The translations under genes were made by a program, and so were the position numbers. Positions 1-13,400 of a DNA stretch of 64,000 nt are shown piece by piece; the stretch's first letter is position 1; every line of letters starts with the position of its first letter. Below the pieces are notes generated by a model. The model ran no database searches, was not told the origin of the DNA, and saw only the letters and a list, made by a program, of their open reading frames with translations. The stretch comes from Lingula anatina (lineage: Eukaryota > Animalia > Brachiopoda): positions 3,906,001 through 3,970,000 of the forward strand of contig CM120646.1 in the NCBI GenBank assembly GCA_051362555.1, read 5' to 3'.

Positions 1-379
1 GGACTAACCAACAAACTGTCTTAACAACGCACCTAGTTCATGTTATTGCACAATATGATTTTCACTTTCCATCCTTTTAGAAACATATCCAAAAATGATA
101 TATTATCTGTGGCTGATTATTTAGGATATAACGTGTAGTTTGAGATAAAGGTGTTTTTTATTTTATTTTTTCTTTTTATTATTATTATTATTGTATTATT
201 TTTTTTTTTTACAGTTCATAGGATGAAAAAAGTTTGTATTTTGTTGCATTCGGCGCCTCTTCACTTACACGCCATGCATTTCAGCATAAGGTGTAAAAAA
301 TCAAAATATTACACGGAGGTTCTGAGGGAAGAGTGGAAAAGAAATACGGTTGGGTGGATTAAGAATGCAGATTGGATCC

Positions 380-541
380 AAGCTCGGAGGCCATTTGGAA
401 CATAAATTTTATGCAAAGTGACCAAGATACCTGAAACTTTGGGGAATGGTCATGCACATATTGAAGTTTAAGTCCAGCAAATTTCTTGATATTTGATGGA
501 CCTTTGTAGGATTTGATAATTTTTTATGGGGTCACCCTGTA
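380..541. mobile_element. Terminus of a TA-flanked CAGGGTG-type (Tc1/mariner-like) DNA element; other end not identified, start approximate
   Basis: Ends ...ttttttatggggtcaccctg|TA (reverse complement TA-CAGGGTGACCCC), a typical Tc1/mariner-type terminus. Confidence 0.45.
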
Positions 542-2399
542 TAAAGTTAAAGAAAGGGGTCACGAGAAAAACGTTGCCGGTGTCTTTTCCTTTAATCAGC
601 TGCGGGTTCAGCACTCTAAGCTACGTCACATGAGCCTTAGGCCAGTTAATAGTGTGACCAAACCACTGCAAGCATCCAACAAATATCTCTTCTGAAAGCA
701 AGGACTTCAAGATATGAGGAATTTCACCATCGAAATAAAGAAAAACCTTTATTTTGATTTTTTTTTTTTTAATAATTATTTCCTTTAATTCTCTCCCCAA
801 CGTCAGCAGAACCGCGAACCACACCTTTACTGCAACGTACTTAACACATCAGTTGATTCTATCTGACCCATCACAGCACTGTCTACGTCTTCGGCATTCA
901 GATCGAATCAGCGTCGATCCAAACAAGTGAACTGTGTGCCCGACCTAGTGTTGCTGTTCATTCAGTGTATGAGGAACCCCAGACAGCAGTCCGAGTGCTG
1001 CTCCATCAGCAGAACAAATAACGTGGACTTAGCGTGTCATATTTGAAAGAGCATCAGCGCCATGATGCTTTATGGCAGGAACTATATATGCACAATATAT
1101 AAAATAAATATAAAATAAATAATTGAAAAAAGACAGACAGGCAGCACCTCCTCTTTCAACGTTTTTTTAGTAAAGATTAATATTGATTGATATAGGTTAA
1201 TATTGTGTCAATATATTGTCAATATATTATCAATATATTGTCATCCGTGCACAATAGAACTCGATAAATATAACATATACTGTAACTTCCAAAATTAAAT
1301 AATCGTGACGTAACGTGAACTGCGCTTGGATGTCAATGTTTAGAATGTTACACCAGTGACAAAATGACCATTATAAATGCACAAAGGAAGCGAAAGCTGG
1401 GCGTATAAAAGCAGCCTGGGCTGACAAGACATACATGTAGAATAGTTCCTCTTCAGTGTCGTGTCAGCGACCTGTTTGATCAGGCTACATACTTATATAT
1501 TGACCGTCTTTTGATCAAACACTTATGAGCAATGATTGATTAGATCGTTTGCGCTGCGTCTGTCTGAAGATAAGCATACCACTGCGCGCTACGGCCCCTA
1601 GCTGGACAGTATACCTTCTTAACCAGTGGACATACGTCGGACGCTGGCCCTTACTTTACAACCGAAATATTTCAGTCCACTTTAACCTGGATTAACCAGT
1701 CCGCTTTTTAAAAAAGCAGTACCGCTCTTAATGCTTTTTAAAATCTTTTCTTAAACAGATGTATATTCTCCTTAAGCGGAATCCCCCCCTGATTAACCTT
1801 GGGACAAGATCCACTGTAGGCGGAAAATTGTTATGATCATTTATGACATGGACAAAATTACGTTAGTATGTCCAAGGCTCTGATCAACTTGCGACTTGAG
1901 CTTTTTTTTATTAAACAGCGTTCAGTCAGATATCGACTTTCCTCAGAGGACGCTCTGGACAGGTCACCCGGACAGGGAGCAAGGTAATGTTATAGAGCCC
2001 ACTTGTGTGTTCACTGTCATGATAAACCCTCCTCCCCTTGCGTCCTGACCTAGCCGTCTTCATCTTAGCGTTTGAACATATAAAACAATGTATCTTACCC
2101 CACTTCAACCTGTCATTAAGTCTTTGAGAATGTAACGGGTGTCATATCCACGCTGTGTTTCAGATGTCACTTTAACGACAGAGAGTGCCCTCTAAAACTA
2201 GGCTACCCCTGTGATGCGTTAAACCTGTTTGTAATACAGCATAATTTTTTATCATGACGCCCCCCCCCCCTCTCCCCCTTTACGCCTTTACATCTACGCT
2301 TGAAATTAGACAAAGAGAGTTCATTTTCCATGAAGTCTTCCGGTCTGTCACATGCAGTCCAGATCTCTGAAACTCTGGGTAGCCACATCATGGAGACCA

Positions 2400-2609
2400 T
2401 TCCCATAACCCTATCGCACTAGCAGGATCGATCTATCTCTGATGGGATTCTCGTTAAATCGCATTCAGTTTAAGCGTGCACTAAAGTTAATTACCCCCTT
2501 GCAGTTTCAGTAGGCATTATAGACATTTAAGCCCCTTAAACTGAATGCAATTAAACGAGAATTCCCGCGGAGTTAGATCAATCCTGCTAGTAAGATAGAT
2601 TTATGGGAA
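2400..2609. mobile_element. Fold-back (hairpin) MITE-like element with imperfect inverted arms of about 75 bp
   Basis: Arm 2400-2474 (ttcccataaccctatcgcactagcaggatc...gcattcagtttaag) pairs with arm 2535-2609 (cttaaactgaatgc...atcctgctagtaagatagatttatgggaa). A related fragment lies at about 42052-42098. Confidence 0.72.
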
Positions 2610-3947
2610 CCCAGTCTTACCCCTTATCCAAATAAACGCTTCTTATTCCTTATCCTACATTTGCCTGACACTGGGCCTCAGAATCGACGGAGAACAGCCA
2701 TCGCGACTTCAAAGAAAATTTTTCATAGCATCTGATTGTTAGTCCACGTTTGACATTAAAATGTATTATTTGCTCAGACAAAAGCATTGCTTATTTGGTA
2801 TTTCATTCATTCTTAATTCTTAATCTTAATTCTATTGATTTATTTATTCATTCATTAAATTATTCATTTAATATTTCGTAATTAATCATGAGCTCTTGCA
2901 TATATATATTCATTAAGTCCCGTATGAGACGTAATGGAAATAGTTATTCCTTAATGTTGAATTATTTGTTTCACTTCTTAATTTAAAAAATGTCACTTTC
3001 CCGTTATTAAACAATTTCATACTAAAAGGCATACAAATGAATCATTTTAGTAAACAAGAAAACGCATTACCTGTCCGCCAAACTCCAAGCATCAGTGGAC
3101 ATTTTGTCTGCGGTGGAAACTGCTATGGTCAGACATTCGAAAATCTCCAACATATCCTGATGAAGATGGCCAATAAGTCAAGGTATTACCTTTGTAGCTA
3201 ATGGTGCTTTCGGTCACTGACTGATCTGTTTACATATATCAACTAAGTTTGTTTATGTTCATCAATCATCCAACAGGTTGGGGTTATCGACGCCACCATG
3301 AGTGAAGTCACCAATAAGTAGACAGTCCTGACAGTCCGATGATACGATTTGCCTAACGTAACTGCGCTCAGGATACGTGGAGTGGCGCTCTACCTAAGAG
3401 AAGATTGCGTTAAATGTGGAGGACAGTACGTCTATGTAGAAACGCTCGTGTCGATTGCACAAGCTTTCTCACCGTTTGTGCATAGCTGACCTTCATATAT
3501 ATGTATGAGCAATACGGGTACATGTACGTTCAGGAGCAAAACCAAGGTAACATCAACGTGGACTTTGGACTTCTTTTCCTTTTAGCTTTTGTTTATAGTA
3601 ACATAGAACTACAGCCAGATAGAGACAGTTCTTACTTTATGTACTTAGCGGCAATAAATGTGTTAAAATGAGTGTGCTATATTTCCTTCAAATTGAATTG
3701 GCGAGAAAATAAAAGGAAGAAAAACTGCATTATTGTATTTCGTTTGTTTATTGAATGAGGGTGTGACACTCAAGATTTTATTTTTTTAAACAACCAAAAA
3801 GATTTTTATTAGTATTTATATTTTAAAGTGCATCTGCACTTTGAGCTGGTTGGTCTGAGTGTATAGCTCCATTACTGCCCTTAATCAAATCATATTGTTT
3901 TCAGTTGTACATGTACATGTGTGATAATGTTAAGCGGTACTCGGTTC

Positions 3948-4350
3948 TTAAAGGTATTCTAGACACGCTTGAAAATTTTATGGAGTCAAATGTCTAAACA
4001 TCTATGAAACTGCTCATTTTTTCCAATTCACAAGATAAAAACCCTAAGAAAATTACATTTTTCAATGTCACGAATAAAATGCCGTCAAAATGTAATAAAA
4101 TGTTAAAATATGTTAATTCGCTAAGAAAAAATTTATTTAACTAGAAATAGCAGAAAAAACATTAGATCAAATTGAAGATGCAGGTCGAACCTTTATTCAG
4201 CACAAATTTCCCTTTCATCTCCAGGAAAATTAGATTTGGTGCAAAAATCTTGTATAAATTAATTCTGATCTCAAATTATAAGTATATTGCTTGGTGAAGC
4301 AAACAAAATATATTTAACTTTCTTTATTTGCTCTGTAACTTTTTTGACCC
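3948..4350. mobile_element. Left end of a TTAA-AGG (Kolobok-like) non-autonomous element; right boundary approximate
   Basis: TTAA|AGGTATTCTAGACACG at 3948-3967 followed by AT-rich subterminal sequence. An inverted 12-bp core match, CGTGTCTAGAAT, occurs at 17683-17694. Confidence 0.4.
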
Positions 4351-4627
4351 TCATTAAAGACGCATCTCATTGCTCTCCTTGTTTAAAAAGATAAGTCACA
4401 TGTCACCGCAGTGTGTCGTGCTTTGTGAGGACTTAAGATTGTGCTAGGGAGTGCGTTTGTTGCGACAAATAACACAATTAGACAAAGTGAGAACATATGA
4501 TTAAAAACACCTTCAGAGAAAATATATTTTCGATATACATAAGACGTAAAAGAAGAAAGGAAAAACCCATCCCATCCCCCGATTCTCAGGATTTATTAAT
4601 AGCACCGAGAGGACATGATAATGAAAA

Positions 4628-4679
4628 TGTGTGTGTGTGTGTGTGTGTGTGTCTGTGTGTGTGTGTGCGCGTACGTGCG

Positions 4680-4720
<41 letters not shown>

Positions 4721-4750
4721 GTGTGCGAGAGAGAGAGAGAAAGAGAGAGA
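4628..4750. repeat. Compound (GT)n(GA)n microsatellite
   Basis: Directly visible. Similar compound or simple tracts occur at about 7476-7541, 10460-10487, 15932-15975, 16544-16584, 39543-39589, 41670-41732, 47630-47674, 52864-52937, 53000-53052, 53589-53619 and 56738-56796, with (AAT)n at 55271-55315. Confidence 0.95.
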
Positions 4751-6369
4751 TCACGAATCATCCTACAATGTTCACGTGGTCTCACGTGACCTCTGAAACC
4801 AGAGTTGACTTCTCAGGTAAACACGACCTACATACGTTGATCTAAAAATTGAAGCGTCATTGTTTGCAATCATCGGAATAATGTTTGCCTAAGATTAACA
4901 TCAGGTGTACGCATGTGCAAACTTACAGCCACTCGACATGGTTACAACGAAATAGCAATTGAAACCTCGTGGAAAGTGGTGGATCTTATATGAAAACATT
5001 GCCATATACATGTACTCAGTTTCTGTTTTTGAATTCTGCTGTGATCCTACATGTTATAGGAAAGAGCTCAGGTGCGGCAGCGGGAGACCATGAGAGTTAA
5101 TTTGTTGTACTGTCTCTAGGGCACGTTCGGAGTAAGGTATGCCTATTGTTGTATTTGATTCGATAGTGAAAGTATTGGTACATGTACTAGTACCTGTATC
5201 AGCCTATGTGCGACTGTAAATGTCACGTTTTAAGAGGAAAGATGTCAATATTCACGTAAAAGTCAGGGTATAAGAATGCATGTAGATGCTGGTTATTACG
5301 TATATAGTGCATGTAAATACGGCACACGAGTCTATGCACTGAAGGGAAGCATGGTGAACAAAATAGTAACTGAGTACATAATAAACACTAAAATTTTCAT
5401 AAGTGAACAGCACACTGCGCTTACACTGCAATAATAAATTAGATATCATAGGCCAAGTTATAGATCTACGTATTTGATGAAGAGCCTTGGAGGGTGGATA
5501 AAATAACAAAGACTGCACCAGTGTGTAGGGCCTAGCCAACGTTATGGTAAATGCTCGGTTTATAACCTGATATCATACATAAACCAGATCAGCCGACTTT
5601 ACTATTTATACCTGGTCTTTATAGATCTGGTCAATTCTGAATTCTAAATCCTAAATTATGTTATTAAAAACACCGTGTAGACAGAGAACGTACATTTATA
5701 TGTGCATGTATCATGGCTTTAACAACAGACCAACGCGTCTAAGAGAAACCACATTTAAAAATACATAAAACATAGAACAAGAAAATCAATGTATACTAAG
5801 TTGAAACCCAGCACTGTGGCGCACACCATATGACACACGACAGATTACCTACTGAAGTAGTGTGAAAATCATCAGTGTATTGATTGCTATTTGAATATTG
5901 CTTCCATTACCAATATTATACAGTTGTTCATAGAATGCGAGCAGTTTTTTGAAAGGGTCACGCTGTGCACGTGAAATACGCTAGACGCTAATTCACAATA
6001 TTTACCAAAGTCCACAATGTACCGGTATGTTGTACAGCCCCTTTAACAATAATACGTCGGACGTCACCCCCCCCCCCCCCCAACCCCAACCGCAACCCCT
6101 CACCCCGACTGTTTGACTTGCTATATATAAGCTTAATTTCCACTTAATATAATTTCATTCCAGGTGTATTGATATAGGCCTGAATATGATAAAAAGGTAT
6201 TCGTCTTCCACAATGCCTCGACCTAATTTTTTTTTCAATTTTTACACTGAGCTCAGTGTAAAGAAACCGTATTTGCACAAGAAAGAAATAATACATAGAA
6301 ATGATCTGCTGAGTTGAACTGATCTGGTGAATGGAATAGGCTGAATGTGCTTTGTACATAAAACACGTA

Positions 6370-7405
6370 GGGTAGACCGGGGCTAAACGCCCCCCTTAAG
6401 CAAGAAACATCACAATTTTCCCTGCTGAAGGTATAGACCGTTCAAAGTGGGTGTTAACTATGAAGGGCTGTCTAGACTACAAACTGATACTAACACTTTT
6501 GGAAACAAACAAAAGAAAAACCTTATAGGTAAAAAATAGATAAATTATAAAATCGGCCTTTTTGCCCCATGGCTGGGGCATTACGCCTCGCACCACGGGG
6601 CTAAACGCCCACCGTGGGCGTCTTGCCCCAAACTATAGGCGTTATGCCCCGCCTTTGTACAAAGCAAAATAAAATCAAATTATATTTCTACGAGACAACT
6701 TAGTAAGCCTTTAAAAGCAACATATAACATTTTGGGGTACTGAGATAATAAAAATACCCATCAAATTTATTCAGAATGAGCTGTAATTCTACTCTTTACG
6801 ACAGGGCACTGTGATACTTCCAAAATTAAGTTCCTCGTACAGCCACTTGCTTTGGCTTTTCCCCATATAAGTGTTATAACTGATTATATACAATAAAAAA
6901 ACGTGCATGAAAGAACACTTCCGCATCTTTTTAGAATTATTTTTTATTTAAAAACGAAAGGGGGCAAAACGCCCAGTGATCGGGGCAAAACGCCCACTAT
7001 AGGCGTTTTGCCTCATATCAGCATGGGCGTTTTGCCCCAAAGTGAGATTTTGTATATTTTTTCAAAAATCGGCGGGAAAAGTTTTATACAATCTGACTTC
7101 ATCGAAACTTGTATGGAGGTCTGATACCATCCTATCTGTCACCAACAAAGTTTTTTGAATTCGTGCATTTGGTAGGTGGTGTCACTGATGTTAAGGAAAA
7201 GGCTAAATAACAGTAAACAAGGCAAAAATTAACAAATTATCATAAAATGCTTATTTTTTAGTTTGTGGTCATCTCCGTCATGGAGGATAAGTCTGCTGGA
7301 AATCGGAAGTGGACAAAACATCACGAGACGCGTATTTATACGTAATACCTGAAAAAAAGCGGGTGGGCGTTTGACCCCGACTGGGCGTTTAGCCCCGGTC
7401 TACCC
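6370..7405. mobile_element. Non-autonomous DNA transposon (MITE), 1036 bp, TA target duplication (Tc1/mariner-pogo-like)
   Basis: Perfect 23-bp terminal inverted repeats GGGTAGACCGGGGCTAAACGCCC (6370-6392 / 7383-7405) flanked by TA at 6368-6369 and 7406-7407. Many internal copies of the GGGGCWAAACGCCC motif in both orientations (about 6575-6650, 6961-7040, 7365-7380). No transposase ORF. Confidence 0.9.
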
Positions 7406-7474
7406 TACGTTTGTATTAGCAACGTCAACATAGTCATCATTTAGGGCAAGGATCATCTCTCTTGCGAAATATTG

Positions 7475-7542
<68 letters not shown>

Positions 7543-7721
7543 GTCGATAATTATTACTCACTCGAGAGTGTTCAATACACAACGTAGATCAAACTTAATT
7601 AATCTGGACGTTATATAACAAATCCTGCACGTGGATATTAACGCTGTTTGACTAAAAGCTTGATATAAGACAAAGCCTAGAGCAGCTAGAATATAATGTA
7701 TTAAATAGTGGCACATCCCTA

Positions 7722-7850
7722 CCCTCTACCAGGCCCGCGGAAAATACGTGTGCTTTTCTCTATCACAGAGAACAAAATGACCGTCTATTTATCTAAAGAC
7801 ATATCTGTGAATATCTAGTGAAAAAATCAATCCGTGGCCCTGGTAGAGGA
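7722..7850. mobile_element. Degenerate mini-MITE of about 130 bp with piggyBac-like ends
   Basis: Inverted ends CCCTCTACCAGGCCCGCGGA / TCCGTGGCCCTGGTAGAGGA with decayed TTAA-like flanks (right flank gataa). Confidence 0.55.
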
Positions 7851-8076
7851 TAACACAATCCTGTTACAAGGACAACAACATATCAACAAACATAGGCACT
7901 AGAAAGACATCCTACGAACAAAACGACACTTTAAATAATTTAGTACAGAAAATATTTTTTTATTAATCTACAAACAAACAAAAAAAAAACAAAAGGGAGA
8001 AGGGTACACATTGATTTTGACATTGTATGGCGGGTTATAGTCAATTTTGTCTTTATTCCAGAGCTCTTAGACTCTC

Positions 8077-10456
8077 ATGGGAACAACCGCCAGCACGGGC
8101 ACTGCCATGGCTGCGGGGACTACGACGGCGTTCGCCGCGCATACCTTGGTCAAATGGAAAACGCGGAGAGAACTCACGTCAAATCCAGGTCAGACTGACC
8201 GCACCGTTTATGAAAAATACCCAGAGCTCACGGAGGCTTTGGAAGCCGTAGAGGAAGCCAGCCAGCGACTAGGAGATCCGGAAAACCAGAAAAGTCTCAA
8301 AGCAAGGACGTCTTTAATTTCTTACTTAAATGAATACGTCACCGGCGCTCCGCTGGAATTCACGAAAGTCGAGGAACGCAGTGCTCTGGCCACTTACGCG
8401 GCCGAGATCCAGTTAGCTGACCAGTTGACCGAATACTATATGAATACACTGGAAATGTATGGATTATCAACGGTAACACACCTTGACTACTCCAGCATTA
8501 GGGGGCATGAGCTCCACACTCTACGTCTATTGGCGCTGAATTATAGTGACGCGAGTATGGAGTTTGCGACGCGTCTGGTTAACGCCGGTTTCTTGCGTTT
8601 GCTGCTGCAGGATTTGTCGGCTGTTTCAGAGGGAATAGTCGCAGGAAAATTAAGCATTAAGGTACACTTAAACTATTTACCTGTATTATGATCAGTAGGT
8701 TAGAATATCAGCTTTAGAGTTTTAAGCTGAAGAAAAGCATAGCATTTTTCATGTTTTTAAAGCTTATATTAAAGGTGCATATCACGTCATTTATTTAATT
8801 CTATCCGCTGCCAAGTGAATCGAAAATCTCATAATATGATTGTCAACTCTTCTTGATAAAATTAGAACACTGACAGTAAAATCGTCGCCACAAGATGTAC
8901 GTCTTTACAAATGTACTCGGCCTAAAACAAGTGCTCAAACAAACCTTTGTATATCCAAATTCTTTTCAGAATAAAAATGTCCACGTGGCTCTCTGGACCA
9001 ATATTTCTATTCTACACAATTGTGCCAAGTGGGAAAACAGTAAGCAAGACTTTCAGGAACTCGACGCCATTAATATTCTCCTGCCGTACAAGGACGCCGA
9101 GAACCAGGGTAAGAGGAATAATAATAATAATAATAACGTTTATCAATACAAGCCAATTGCAACAAAGGCTATGGGCCATCATTTCCCAGTCTCACAGTAA
9201 GAAGTAGAGTTTAATATAAATTGATATACTATGTAAAGAATATGAAGATGTAAAGAATATGGAGTATATTCTAAATATATATACTGTAGTTAATTTGTAA
9301 CTGATATTATCATGTTCATTTTGATTAATATTGTCGACTATGTGAATGGTTCAGTGTGTCAAATCCTTTTTTACTGAATACAATTGATTTGATCTGATTT
9401 ACATTATGGGGAACATGTCGTCAGGACGGGAGTGTCTTCAATAATAAATGAAAACGCAGAAGTGAGGAAGACGATACGCATCCATTTGTGTGGATGATTT
9501 AGTGTGCTTGTCTGTCTATTTAATTTTTCAACACAGAAATCTCCGCCACTCACTTTCGCTTCCTTTTAACATCTTATCCTGATATTCCTTCACTGCCATC
9601 AAGTTAAGGAGAGAGAAAGCACGAAGCGTACCAAAAAGTGTGAAAATTATTTTCCTCATCTCTATCTTCCAGGCATCAAGGCAGCAGTTATCATGACCCT
9701 GGCTTACATAGTGGAAGAAGAAAACAACCACATATTGACTTCCGATGAAAGCGTCTTCGATTTCATGATCTCTCTCCTAGCCAAGGCCCTGGAGAAAGAC
9801 AACCACCATGAAATCTTCTGGGCTGACGAGCTGGCGGCCGGACTCGAGGCGTTGGCCAAGAACGAGGACAACAAACCCGTCATAGTCAGGAAAGGTGCTC
9901 TGCCTTTGCTGACCAAGATGCTGTCGTCGCCGGATGAGACTGAAGTCGACCCTGCAGTGAGTGCCATATGGGAGCTGTCCTTTAACAACGAGAATAAAAC
10001 GGCCATAAAGGTAAAAAAAAAATTGGTGGGAAAAAATCTTTGGCTTTAAAGTCTTAAAATAGTGGCATAAATAAAATTTAAAAAATTACGTTGAATTGAG
10101 AAAGTGAGTGTGGATCAAGCGTTGCTAGAAAAGACGAATAAAATAAAATAAATACAAGCAAACAATATTGAATGAAATAAAGACTACAAATATCGGGAAA
10201 ACCGTAAAACATGTAATTTATCTGTCGTTGATTTAATGTTGTAATGTTAATTTTGAAATTACTTCATTCTTATCCACAGACCGAAAATGAATGTTTAGAC
10301 AGAGTGAAAGACTTGATAAAACATCGAAACCCAGACATCGCTCAGGCCGCAGACTCCATCTTCTGGGAGTTAGATATCGACGTGGAGTCTGGTGAAGAAA
10401 AAGGTAAGTGAGACCTCTATTTATTACCTTTGCTACTCTTCACTCTCTCATCCAAG

Positions 10457-10494
<38 letters not shown>

Positions 10495-13400
10495 TTTTTT
10501 AATTTTCTATGTCCTCCATTTTGTCGGCTTCAAAACCATCACCACCTTATTCAGTTAAATCATCAACTTGACTGTGTAGTTTTATTATGTAAGCATAACC
10601 ATTAATAATTACTTAATCTCATTAGGCAAAGAGCTGGACACAATAGACCAGAATCTCCCAAATGGTGCTCCAAGTCCCAAAACGTGGCCCAGTTCAAAAG
10701 CAGCTCTGTGGGGTGAATCTGCATCCGGGCAACACATTATGATCAGTTATAACTGGGATAACCAACCCATCCTCATTAAGGTATGAAATCCACTTGATTT
10801 AGTCGCAACATTCTGGCGAATGAGCATCGTGAGAGATAAAAATAATTTTGTTTATATATATTTGTCACTGAACAGCAACAGGACTCTATATGTGCATTAT
10901 ATAACATAAAAAGAATATGTAAATTTTTCTCATAATTTCTGTCATACATACTAAATCAACCTGAAAAAAAATAATTTTTTAAATCTTTTTAAAATTTTTT
11001 AAATTGATATGAAGCTATTCATTGTATGTTATTCATTATTGCATCCCTCCCAGGTTAAAGACGCGCTGGTCAGTCTTGGCTACAAAGTCTGGATGGACAT
11101 TGAGCAGATGAGGGGTTCCACCTCGGACGCCATGTCGTCTGCTGTGGAGAACGCTGCCGTCGTGTTGATAGCCATGTCGCAGAAATACAAAGATAGTAAA
11201 CCGTGCCGAAAAGGTAAAAACTGTTTCTTTTTATCCAAATACTTATATTGTACTCTGTCAGATTAATTTACTCTGTTAATATAATCTGATTTTAAAATAA
11301 AGATCTGATATTCAAAACGAACAATGTTTACATATTTGCACCACAGTTTTAAACTCTTCGACTAAACTGAACTGCATATTATTATGTGTTTCTCTGTTTC
11401 ATTCATCTTTCTCTGGTTCCACGAGATATTTTCATTTTTTAAAAAAAGGTACTTATATTCAGTCTATCTAAAGACAGGTGGGCAGGTAGCATTTTTTACA
11501 TAATCTTTTTTTTCCTTGGGTAACTTATAATTTTATTTGTTTTGGAGCAGGTAAACTCAACTTTTTCCTGTGTTTCAGATTCTGTCGAGATATTAAGTAC
11601 ACGTGTCAACAAACCAATCCCCCTTTTTCAATACCAATATCTAATTTTTACTTCATTGCCCCACCAATTCACATACAATTCACTGTTTTCGGAAGATTTT
11701 TCCATTATTACTGTATTTTAAGGACCACGTATGACAAAATGTCTGATAACTCAAATGTGTAATCCTACGGTTTTACGTAAGATATCTTAATACGAAACAA
11801 ATTCATTCATTCATTCTTTCATCCATTCAGAGGCAGAATACGCAGATGAACAAAACAAGGCTATCATCCCTCTGCTGGTCCAGCCGGGGTACAAACCTAA
11901 CGGTTGGCTGGGACTGCTGGTGGGGAAAGCCCTGTACTACGACATCAGCGGCAAGTTCAACATCCGCAGCAAGGTCAACGACCTGGCCAGCGCCCTGGGG
12001 GACCGCGGGAAGAGGAAAGGAGGGGTGCCGGCCTTTCTTGTGGTGAGGTGACATCTTTCTTTTATTCATTTAACTATTTATTATGTAATTGAAAATGATA
12101 CACATGTGAGTCTCTTTCTGTGTACAACGTTGTTTTCGCTCTAACAATATCCTTCCAAAAGTGTTGAATACCTGTATTGGCAAATAGTGGAAATAGATTT
12201 ATCAAAGATTTGCATAATAGTGTTGTTATTTATCGACATAATACATGTATGATTATAATATTCAAGGTGAAAAAGGACTTACATGAATAAATTACAAAAC
12301 CATTGTGCAAGATTTCACTCAGTGGATCCTATATATTTGGTCTGGCCAACTGATTATATAGCAACCTCTTTCATACAGCTTTTGAAGGGATGGAAATTTT
12401 AAAATTATGAATGAACTTCTGTTTGTTAAATATAAAAACGCGCCAAGAAAATGTTTAGTGGAGAATTTCAACTTTCTTAATTTAGTGTTCACGAGAGGCG
12501 TTTTGTTTTGTCTCCAGGTCCCCGACCACTCGCGTACCCGTCCGTCCAGCGTCCAGGGATCAAAGAAAGCCGTGCAAGACTGGGGGAAAGAGGACGTCAT
12601 AGGGTGGCTGAAATCATACGGCCTAGAAAAGTACGTGTTGGAAAATATGTCCTAAATTTACTTAGATAAAATATGATAAATTCTTGTTTGGATGATATAC
12701 TGTGTATGTGTGTTTGCATGGGAGAAAGTTTAGGTTCTGATCTTTGTAACCTTGGTTTCATAAACATTGAGTGCAATTGATTTTTTAATTAGGATATTAA
12801 AATAACATGGGTCCAAAATAATAACATTTGAGTCCACTTATTTAACTTTGAAAAAAAAAAAAAAACACACCATAAAAAGTGAAACATTTTTTTTAATTGA
12901 TACCACAGGTAACGTGCGGATTAGAATAAAATCTGTGTGGCCGTACATATCATTTTGTTCAATTTTACTCAAGCATATATATTGCAAAGATTATTTATCA
13001 CCCGATTTCGGTATCATTTTCTTTTAGGTTGTCTAATTTGTCTTCGCTTACTGGTGAAGAAATAGGATATCTACAGGAATTAAGAATAGAGGTATTAACA
13101 CTTTAGGATATCAATAATTCATCTTATGATTAATTCGCGGAATAGGGCCATATATGTGATAAACACGTATTTATATTTTGCATCAATGGTAAATGTAGAT
13201 TTTTTTATTGTTACTGAATTTCTGAGTGTTTGATGTAAAAAAAACGTCTAAATCAGTTTTTAACGTCGATTCTTGAATTTTATTCTCCCTCCTTTAAACA
13301 GGATTTTTCAAAACTTGTTCAAAATGTAATAGGTCTAACGTGAACAGCCGCAGTACTCAGCGCTGCTTAGAATGGCACCTCCCTTTGCCCATACTATACA

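Noticed and set aside
4497-4845. Cys/Val- or His/Thr-rich ORFs here and at 39385-39820, 52758-53266, 55211-55534 and 56693-56986
   Set aside because: They are translations of microsatellites.
9704-10006. Antisense or alternative-frame ORFs over real exons (also 11827-12069, 20820-21176, 31376-31588, 33447-33662, 48682-48975)
   Set aside because: They are shadows of GC-richer coding exons with no independent features.
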